Both the position numbers and the translations under genes were made by a program. A stretch of 64,000 bases of DNA from Deltaproteobacteria bacterium (GTDB taxonomy: Bacteria; Myxococcota_A; Polyangia; Polyangiales; JADJMO01): positions 3,091-67,090 of the forward strand of contig JALHOE010000017.1 of NCBI GenBank assembly GCA_022843175.1, given 5' to 3'. Each line of letters begins with the position of its first letter. Position 1 is the first letter of the stretch. The notes under the pieces were generated by a model that made no database searches, was not told the DNA's origin, and saw only the letters and a program-made list of their open reading frames with translations. This document shows positions 57,362-64,000 of this stretch, piece by piece.

Positions 57362-58119
57362 TGTGCTGCTTCTCGGGCGCTATCCGCCACGTCGAGGGCA
57401 CCAAGATCTTCACCCGCGCGCTCGACCCGGTGCGCCAGGGGCTCGTCTACTCGATGACGCTCGCGGCCGACGCGCCGGTCGCGATGGTGCTGCCCTTGCC
57501 GGTCGCCCTCTCGGACGCGCGCGCGCTCGAGTTCGTCAACCTCGAGGGATACGAGACCTTCTTCGAGGATCTCGAGCTGGGCTTCCCGGTGCCGGCCGCG
57601 CGCTCGTTCGGGCCGCCGCCGCAAGCGCTCGCGGTGCACCGGGTGGGCAGCTTCGTGGCCTCGTTCGTCCCGACGCCGGCCGACTTCGCGCGCCTCGATC
57701 CGCGCTTCCGCATGCCCGCCGGCGTGCTCGATCGTCTGCCGCAGTACCGTGACTTCGGGTTCGCGGTGTTCCAGCTCCACGACGTCAACGCGCGCATCCA
57801 CCCGATGGCGTTCACGTTCGCGCGTCGCGACCCCGCCGCGTTGTTCTTCCCGACCGTCCACGTGCACGACGGCCAGGTGCACCGCACGGCGCACTTCGAC
57901 CACGCGCTGTTCCTCCAGCTGCCCGAGCCCACCTTCCCGCCCGAGCTCGCGATCCCCGGGGGCGACGACGTCGAGCGACGTGGGTGGTTTCCCTCCTTCC
58001 TCCCCGCCGGCAGGTTCGTGGACGTCGCGCGCGCGCAGGGCCTCGTCGACGCGAGCGCGCCGCTCCGCGTCCGCCGGCTGAGGGGCGATTTGCCGAACGA
58101 GGACGTCGTCTTCGCGTAA
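57361..58119 (+). CDS. hypothetical protein (N-terminus MCCFSG)
   Basis: The ATG overlaps the M18 stop by 1 nt (TGATG). 252 aa with protein-like composition. No family recognised. Confidence 0.65.
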   Translation: MCCFSGAIRHVEGTKIFTRALDPVRQGLVYSMTLAADAPVAMVLPLPVALSDARALEFVNLEGYETFFEDLELGFPVPAARSFGPPPQALAVHRVGSFVASFVPTPADFARLDPRFRMPAGVLDRLPQYRDFGFAVFQLHDVNARIHPMAFTFARRDPAALFFPTVHVHDGQVHRTAHFDHALFLQLPEPTFPPELAIPGGDDVERRGWFPSFLPAGRFVDVARAQGLVDASAPLRVRRLRGDLPNEDVVFA

Positions 58120-58156
58120 CACCCAAGGTCTCGCCGCGCCGCTGGTCTGTTGGGTC

Positions 58157-59083
58157 ATGCGATGGGCGATCCTGTTGGCGCTGGGCTGCACCCAACCCTC
58201 AACCAGCGTCCCCCCCATCGCGAGCGCCCCCGTGCCCGCGCCCGCACCCGCGCCCGCGCCCATACCCGTGCCCGTGCCCGTGCCCGAGTCCGCACCCGCC
58301 CCCGCCCCCTACGATCTCGCCGCCGATCTCGCCGCCCGCACCAAGGCGATCCGCGCAGACGTCGGCGAGAAGACGAAGTTCGAGACCGTCGAGGGCGTGT
58401 TCCTCATCGCGGCGCCGAGCGGCCAACTCGGCTCGTCGGCTGTCGTCACCAAGCAAGCGCTCGCCGCCTACTTCAACAACCGCTTCGCGCACCGCCCCGA
58501 GCGCGCGATCGCGGTGCTCCTGTTCGACACCGCGCCGCCCTACAACGCCTACTGCAAGGCGCACTGGGACAAGGAGTGCTCGACGCCCTACGGCTTCTAC
58601 GCCAGCGACATCCGCACCGTGGTGATGAACGTCGGGCCCGGGATCGGCACGCTCACCCACGAGCTCGTGCACCCGATCGTCGAGTCCGATTTTCCGAAGG
58701 CGCCGGACTGGATCAACGAGGGCATCGCCTCGCTCTACGAGGCGTTCTCCATGCCCAAGAAGGGCGAGATCCGCGGCAACAAGAACTGGCGGCACCCCAC
58801 GGTGATCGCGGCCCTGCAGGCGAAGAAGTCCTACGCGAGCGTGCCCGCGCTCTTCGCGATGACCGACGCCTTCTTCCGCGGCCCGCACGAGGGCGTGAAC
58901 TACGCGACCGCGCGCTACTTCTGTCAGTGGATGGACAGCCAGAACAAGCTCTGGCCGTTCTATCAGGCGTGGCGCGACAACTTCGCGAGCGACCCCACCG
59001 GCGAGAAGGCGTTCGTCGCCACGATGGGGAAGAAGCCGGCCGAGCTCGACGCGGCGTGGGCGCAGTGGGTGAAGTCGCTGTGA
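58157..59083 (+). CDS. gluzincin-like (HExxH...E) putative metallopeptidase lipoprotein
   Basis: Lipobox LLALGCTQ and an (Ala/Val-Pro)n linker. HELVH is followed 18 residues later by WINEGIA, the MA-clan HExxH + NEG(x)A arrangement. Confidence 0.65.
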   Translation: MRWAILLALGCTQPSTSVPPIASAPVPAPAPAPAPIPVPVPVPESAPAPAPYDLAADLAARTKAIRADVGEKTKFETVEGVFLIAAPSGQLGSSAVVTKQALAAYFNNRFAHRPERAIAVLLFDTAPPYNAYCKAHWDKECSTPYGFYASDIRTVVMNVGPGIGTLTHELVHPIVESDFPKAPDWINEGIASLYEAFSMPKKGEIRGNKNWRHPTVIAALQAKKSYASVPALFAMTDAFFRGPHEGVNYATARYFCQWMDSQNKLWPFYQAWRDNFASDPTGEKAFVATMGKKPAELDAAWAQWVKSL

Positions 59084-59724
59084 AGCGACTCCTCTCGCTC
59101 GGGGCGCTGGCTCTGCTCGGCGCCGCGCCGAACAAGGAGCTGCCGATCCCCGATCGCAAGCAGCACGCGTCGTCTCCGCCGTCGGGCTGGTGCGGCGAGA
59201 CGGCGATCCAGGAGGCGATGTTGCACTTCGGCGTGTGGGCCTCGCAGAAGCGGATCCACGCCGCCGGCAAGTCGAAGCACCCGGACCTCTACGCGGACGA
59301 GATCCCCGTCGCGCTCGCCGCGCTCGGCGTCGAGTTCACGCGGTATGTGCCGAGCAAGAAGACGAGCTTCGACCAGTTCGTCCGCGACGCGATCGACGCC
59401 GGCCGTCCGGTGCTCGCGGGCGTGAAGATCCTCCCCACCGAGCACCCGACGTGGGGCCTCGATCACTTCGTCCTCGTCGTCGGCTACGGCCCCTCCGGGC
59501 TGCTCGCGAACACGACCTGGGGGGCTCAGCAATGGGTGACCGACACGGCGCAGAAGGGGCTCTCGCTCAAGAACGCCTTCTACGCGCTCGCCATCCACGG
59601 CTCGGGCCCGCGCCTGCGCGTGCTCGAGGAGACGGACAAGCAGGTTCGGCTGTCTGTCGAGTGCCCGAAGCCGCGGGTGGCGGTGGCGGACGTCGACGCC
59701 CTCGCTCGGTTTCTCTGCCCGTAA
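59080..59724 (+). CDS. C39-like/papain-fold cysteine peptidase domain protein (secreted)
   Basis: The GTG overlaps the upstream stop (GTGA). Signal LLSLGALALLGAA. SGWCGETAIQEAML carries the candidate catalytic Cys and GLDHFVLVVGY the candidate His. Confidence 0.55.
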   Translation: MKRLLSLGALALLGAAPNKELPIPDRKQHASSPPSGWCGETAIQEAMLHFGVWASQKRIHAAGKSKHPDLYADEIPVALAALGVEFTRYVPSKKTSFDQFVRDAIDAGRPVLAGVKILPTEHPTWGLDHFVLVVGYGPSGLLANTTWGAQQWVTDTAQKGLSLKNAFYALAIHGSGPRLRVLEETDKQVRLSVECPKPRVAVADVDALARFLCP

Positions 59725-59766
59725 CACTCGGCTCGACCGTGGGCGATTCCCCGCTACGGTAGTGAG

Positions 59767-61608
59767 GTGGGGCGCCGCGGGTACCTGCGAGGAGCCGAGC
59801 GCGTCGGCGGATTGGTGGCGCTCCTCGTCGCCGCGAGCCCTCGTGAGGGCCGCGCGGTGAGCGATCGCACGCGCCTCGTGCGCGCGTACCCCACGGTCAC
59901 GCACGGCGCGCTCTCGCCGATCTTCGAAGACCTGCTCACCTACCACCCGTCGTGGATCACGCGCCTCGCGAGCAGCCACGATCCACTCGGCGGCAACGGC
60001 GACAGCGCGATGGACGAGGGCGCGCGCGACGCGGGCTATCAGGTGCTGCTCCACGCCAAGGGCGAGGGACGCATAACCAGGCTATGGATGACGGCCGACT
60101 CCGAGAAGACGATGCCGTTCGACTACCAGGAGCTCTGGATCCGCATCGACGACGCGACGGTGTATCGGGGCCGCCCGCAGGACTTTTTCGCCGGGCGCGG
60201 TCCGTGGAAGGCGCCGTTGGTTCTCGACGGCGACGCGTCGGCCGGCGCGTACACGAGCTGGGTGCCGTTCCCGTTCATGCGTGAGGCGAAGATCCTCTTC
60301 AGGAGCAAGGCGCACTTCTACCAAGTGAGCTATCGGCAGGGCGCCGGCTCGTCGGCCGGGCCCTCGACCGACGACGTGCAGCGCTTCCTCGGCGAGCGCT
60401 GGTGGGGCGGCGACGAACCCACCGAGGCGGTGAACGTCGACAAGCCGGTGGTGCTCGCCGAGGGCGACGCCGTCGTCACGCGCCTCGCGCTCACGGTCGA
60501 CCCGCGCGACCTACCCAACCTGCGGATCCGCGTCGGCACGCAGCGTTCGTTCCCTGCGTCGGCGCTGTTCGGCTTCTTCCTCGATCCGCTCTACCCAACC
60601 AACGGTTGGCCGAGCACGGGCACGGTGTTCGCCCACGCGGAGCAGGGGCGCCTCGTCTCGCGCCTGCCGATCCCGCTCAACCACGGTCAGCAGCTGCTGC
60701 TCGAGGGCAAGGGCGCCGCGCGCGTCGCGGTCACCACCGTGCCGAGCGCGTCGGGCGGCGCCCACCTCATCACCGACTACCGGGAGCAGCGCGGCCCGCG
60801 CGCTCCGACCACGTTCACCGTCTTCGAAGCCGGCGGCCCGCTGTCGTTGATCTCGCAGGTGCACGAGGGCGTGGGCGGCAAGAACCAGATGCCGGGGTTC
60901 CTCGAGGGCGACGAGATGATCCGCGTCGACGGCATGCGCGCGCCGTCGTGGCTCGGGACGGGGATGGAGGACTACTTCAACGGCGGCTGGTACTTCACCC
61001 GCGCGCACACCAACCCGTTGAGCGGGCTCACCCGGCGGGTGGACTGGGCCGGAAAGTCGTTCGAGCTCTCGATGTACCGGCACCACGTGCTCGATCCGAT
61101 CGTCGCGCGCGCGGGCATGCGGTTCGGCTGGGAGTCGGGGGTCGACGGCCTCGACGAGAGCGTCGGGTTCCGCACCCTCGTCCTCGCTTACGGCTTCCCC
61201 GGGCCGCGCGAGGTGTCGCGCACCCGCGTCGCGCCCCTGCGCGGCACGCCGCTCACGTCGGCGATCGACGGCGAGAAGGGCCAGCAGCCGTTCACCTTCC
61301 CGGTGAGCCGGCGCTTCGGCTCGTTCGAGGTGCCGTGCAACAGCGACGCGCCGCCCACCGAGGCGACGGTCATCCGCGACTACGACAGCGGCGTTCCCCA
61401 CCAGAGCGCGCTGCTCACCCTCGGCAGCGCGATCGTCGGTCGTTTCTACGCGCCGACCCGCAACCTCCATCGTCGCTTCGCGCAGGACGAGGTGCACGTG
61501 CACCTCGTCGCCGAGGACTGTCGCGACGGCACGCTGCGGTTCGCGATCCAGGGCCGGCCCGATCTCCCCTGGACCGAGAGCGGCTACGAGGTCGTGCTCT
61601 ATCGCTGA
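59767..61608 (+). CDS. DUF2961 (GH172-like) domain protein
   Basis: HAKGEGRITRLWMT, WIRIDD, TSWVPFPF, FLEGDEMIRVDG and GTGMEDYFNGGWYF resemble the jelly-roll DUF2961 family. Confidence 0.7.
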   Translation: MGRRGYLRGAERVGGLVALLVAASPREGRAVSDRTRLVRAYPTVTHGALSPIFEDLLTYHPSWITRLASSHDPLGGNGDSAMDEGARDAGYQVLLHAKGEGRITRLWMTADSEKTMPFDYQELWIRIDDATVYRGRPQDFFAGRGPWKAPLVLDGDASAGAYTSWVPFPFMREAKILFRSKAHFYQVSYRQGAGSSAGPSTDDVQRFLGERWWGGDEPTEAVNVDKPVVLAEGDAVVTRLALTVDPRDLPNLRIRVGTQRSFPASALFGFFLDPLYPTNGWPSTGTVFAHAEQGRLVSRLPIPLNHGQQLLLEGKGAARVAVTTVPSASGGAHLITDYREQRGPRAPTTFTVFEAGGPLSLISQVHEGVGGKNQMPGFLEGDEMIRVDGMRAPSWLGTGMEDYFNGGWYFTRAHTNPLSGLTRRVDWAGKSFELSMYRHHVLDPIVARAGMRFGWESGVDGLDESVGFRTLVLAYGFPGPREVSRTRVAPLRGTPLTSAIDGEKGQQPFTFPVSRRFGSFEVPCNSDAPPTEATVIRDYDSGVPHQSALLTLGSAIVGRFYAPTRNLHRRFAQDEVHVHLVAEDCRDGTLRFAIQGRPDLPWTESGYEVVLYR

Positions 61609-61623
61609 TAGTCTCCGCCGCTC

Positions 61624-62832
61624 ATGCGAGTCGCCATCGTCGGGTGCGGCACTGCGGGCGGCGCGTCCGCGCTGTTCCTCTCGCGCGCCGGGCACGAGGT
61701 CATCGTGTTCGAGCGGGTTGACGATCCGCGGCCGGTCGGCGCGGGGATCATCCTCCAGCCGACGGGTCAGGCGGTGCTCGCGCGCCTGGGGCTCGCGCGT
61801 GAGGTGCTCGATCGCGGCGCGCGGCTCGACGGGCTGATCGTGCGCGGCGCCACCGGTCGCAAGATCATGGAGCTGTCCTACGAGGACGTCGGCGATCTGT
61901 TCGGGCTCGGCATCCATCGCGGCGTCCTCTTCCAGGCGCTGTTCACCGCGGCCCAGCGCGAGGCCGAGGTGCGCTGCGGCGTGTCGATCGAGTCGCTCCG
62001 TCACGGTCGGCTGCTCGTCGACAGCGAGGGCAATGAGCACGGCCCGTTCGACGTGATCATCGTCGCCGACGGCGCGCGCTCGAAGCTCCGCGACGACATC
62101 CCCGAGATCAGCCAGACACTCCGCCCCTATCCCTGGGGAGCGCTGTGGTTCCTCGCGAAGGACCCCGACACGCGCTTCCGCGGTCGACTGTTCCAGACCG
62201 TGCGCGGCAACGCGCGCATGCTCGGCTTCCTCCCGACCGGTCTCGGCCCCGAGGAGGGCAGCGCGCCGCTCACCAGCATCTACTGGAGCATCCGTGGCGA
62301 TCGAGTCGCCGCGTTCCGCCGCGCGGGCGTCGAGGCGTGGAAGGACGAGCTGCGCGCGATGCTCGACGAAGAGGCGCGCGCGTCGGCCGAGCCGCTGCTC
62401 GCGCAGATCGAGCACGAGCGGCAGGTGCTGTTCACGTCGTACAACGACGTCGAGATGTGGCCGTGGGCGCACGACCGCGTGGTGTTCCTCGGCGACGCCG
62501 CGCACGCGATGAGCCCGCAGCTCGGGCAGGGGTGCAACCTCGCGCTGCTCGACGCGTTGACGCTCGCCGAGTGCCTCGATGTGTTCGCGTCGGACCCCAC
62601 GCGCGCGCTCGAGGTCTATTCGTTGCGTCGCCGGCGTCACCTCTCGGTGTACACGCAGGCCACGCGCTGGCTGACGCCGTTCTTCCAGGGGGACGTGGAG
62701 CTGCTCGGCGAGCTGCGCGACCTCTTCATGCCGCTCGCGGTGCGGGTGCCGTTCGCGCGCGCGCTGATGACCAAGAGCATGGCCGGCGTGCTCGGCGGCT
62801 GGTTCGGCGGGACCATCGCGCTCCCCCGATGA
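61624..62832 (+). CDS. FAD-dependent monooxygenase (UbiH/salicylate hydroxylase-like)
   Basis: MRVAIVGCGTAGGASALFLSRAGHEVIVFER is the GxGxxG dinucleotide fold. FLGDAAHAMSPQLGQGCNLALLDA is the FAD-binding motif. Confidence 0.85.
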   Translation: MRVAIVGCGTAGGASALFLSRAGHEVIVFERVDDPRPVGAGIILQPTGQAVLARLGLAREVLDRGARLDGLIVRGATGRKIMELSYEDVGDLFGLGIHRGVLFQALFTAAQREAEVRCGVSIESLRHGRLLVDSEGNEHGPFDVIIVADGARSKLRDDIPEISQTLRPYPWGALWFLAKDPDTRFRGRLFQTVRGNARMLGFLPTGLGPEEGSAPLTSIYWSIRGDRVAAFRRAGVEAWKDELRAMLDEEARASAEPLLAQIEHERQVLFTSYNDVEMWPWAHDRVVFLGDAAHAMSPQLGQGCNLALLDALTLAECLDVFASDPTRALEVYSLRRRRHLSVYTQATRWLTPFFQGDVELLGELRDLFMPLAVRVPFARALMTKSMAGVLGGWFGGTIALPR

Positions 62833-63464
62833 TGCAGGTCCTCTACCGCGACCAAGATCTGCTGGTCGTCGACAAGCCGTCGGGCCTCGTCGTTCACCGC
62901 GGTTGGGCCGACGACGACGACACCGCCGCCGACCGCGTTCGCGCGCTCGTGGGCGCGCCGGTGTTCGCCGCGCATCGCATCGATCGCGGGACGAGCGGGG
63001 TGCTCGTGTTCGCGCTCTCCGCCGAGGTGGTCGCGGCGCTGACCATGACGCGCAAGGTCTACCTCGCTGCCGTGCGCGGCCGCCCGCCGGCCGAGGGCCT
63101 CATCGACCACCCCGTGCGGCGCGGCGAGGAGCGCGACTCGGAGCGAGTGCCGGCGCGCACGTGGTTTCGCCTGGTCTCCACCTCGCCGATCGCGCGCTAC
63201 TCGCTCGTCGAGGCGCGCCCCGAGACCGGCCGGCTCCACCAGATCCGCCGGCACATGAAGCACGCGACGCACCCGATCCTCGGGGACGTGCGCTACGGAA
63301 AGCGCGAGCACAATCACCTGTGCCGCGATCAGTTCGGGCTGCGCCGGATGGCGCTCCACGCGCTGTCGCTGACGGTCACGCTCCGCGAGCGCGAGCTGAC
63401 GTTCGAGGCGCCGCTGCCCGACGACCTGCTTCAGCCGCTGCGCGCGATGCAGCTCGTCACTTGA
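62829..63464 (+). CDS. truC: RluA-family pseudouridine synthase, TruC-like
   Basis: The ATG overlaps the upstream stop. LLVVDKPSGLVVH, the catalytic-Asp motif HRIDRGTSGVLVFA, and GRLHQIRRHM. No S4 domain, and the size resembles TruC. Confidence 0.75.
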   Translation: MMQVLYRDQDLLVVDKPSGLVVHRGWADDDDTAADRVRALVGAPVFAAHRIDRGTSGVLVFALSAEVVAALTMTRKVYLAAVRGRPPAEGLIDHPVRRGEERDSERVPARTWFRLVSTSPIARYSLVEARPETGRLHQIRRHMKHATHPILGDVRYGKREHNHLCRDQFGLRRMALHALSLTVTLRERELTFEAPLPDDLLQPLRAMQLVT

Positions 63465-63915
63465 CGTCTGCTTCGACCTCGAGCTCCGCCTTCTCCATGA
63501 AGCAGTTCTTGTCGCTGCAGACCGAGAACGAGAACGTGCCCGCGATCTTCGCCTTGCCCGCGTTGGCCGCGACGAAGGGGATCTTGAGGGTGGCCACGTG
63601 CTCCTCGAACTTGCCGTCCTCCTTCTTGAGGACCTTCTTCGGGAACGTGACGCCGTCGGGCGCCGGCTCCGCCAGCTTGAACTTGGCGGGGTAGTCCTGG
63701 TTCACGTGGTGGCCGTTCTTGGAGGTGAGCACGAGCTCGACGGTGCCCTCGACGCCTTTTTTGTAGGGCCCGGGCGCCTTCAGCTCGACCGTGTAGCTGT
63801 CCTTGTCCTTCTTGTTCGCCTGAATGGCGCTGCTCGACGCGACCGGAGCAGCCAGCGCCGGGGTGACGAGCGCGGCGGAGACGAGGGCGAACATGACGGA
63901 AAGGCGGCGAATCAT
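63457..63915 (-). CDS. secreted protein with DsbD/DsbC N-terminal-like (thiol:disulfide) beta-sandwich
   Basis: Signal MIRRLSVMFALVSAALVTPALA. The C-terminal FSFSVCSDKNCFMEKAELEVE resembles the Cys pair of the DsbD-alpha-type domain. Tentative. Confidence 0.6.
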   Translation of the reverse strand: MIRRLSVMFALVSAALVTPALAAPVASSSAIQANKKDKDSYTVELKAPGPYKKGVEGTVELVLTSKNGHHVNQDYPAKFKLAEPAPDGVTFPKKVLKKEDGKFEEHVATLKIPFVAANAGKAKIAGTFSFSVCSDKNCFMEKAELEVEADVK

Positions 63916-64000
63916 TCGAGTTTTCCTCCGGAACGGGCCGTTGGACGGCGGATCGGGGGGGAATGTTCAACCGGACCGGGGCAAAGGCAAGGGTGCCGGG

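Overview
Visibly GC-rich (roughly 70% by eye, not computed), gene-dense chromosomal DNA. The content suggests a myxobacterial (Polyangia-like) genome, but the taxon is inference. Supporting signs are more than 20 lipobox lipoproteins with acidic D/T/A/P-rich linkers, a Ser/Thr kinase, a caspase, an orphan VgrG, GC-rich REP-like palindromes, and frequent ATGA/GTGA stop-start overlaps. I support about 60 CDS, mostly housekeeping or accessory enzymes: aminopeptidases M24/M28/M18, HelD-like helicase, ClpS-ClpA, Bcp, TruC-like pseudouridine synthase, SDR, FAD monooxygenase, AI-2E transporter and a sugar-type ABC operon. Many are hypothetical exported proteins. I saw no rRNA, tRNA, CRISPR array or intact IS/transposase. 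Most long Arg/Pro-rich ORFs in the track are antisense or out-of-frame shadows of real genes. The strongest finding is two paralogous TlpA-like thioredoxin-fold lipoproteins (16223-16975 and 21654-22343). Each is split by the ORF track at an in-frame TGA that falls on the first Cys of the W-C-x-x-C-R motif, and each has a hairpin just downstream, so both are probably selenocysteine (UxxC) proteins. Other items worth a second look: a GATase1 / ATP-grasp / YbdK-type amidoligase operon; two REP-like palindromic repeat families, one a 35-bp tandem array whose ends supply TAG stop codons; a perfect 33-bp low-GC inverted repeat; an orphan VgrG with a coiled-coil insertion; an internally deleted chimeric ABC permease; a caspase with Tudor-like domains next to a TerB-kinase/TPR operon; and an unresolved pair of mutually antisense ORFs upstream of vgrG.
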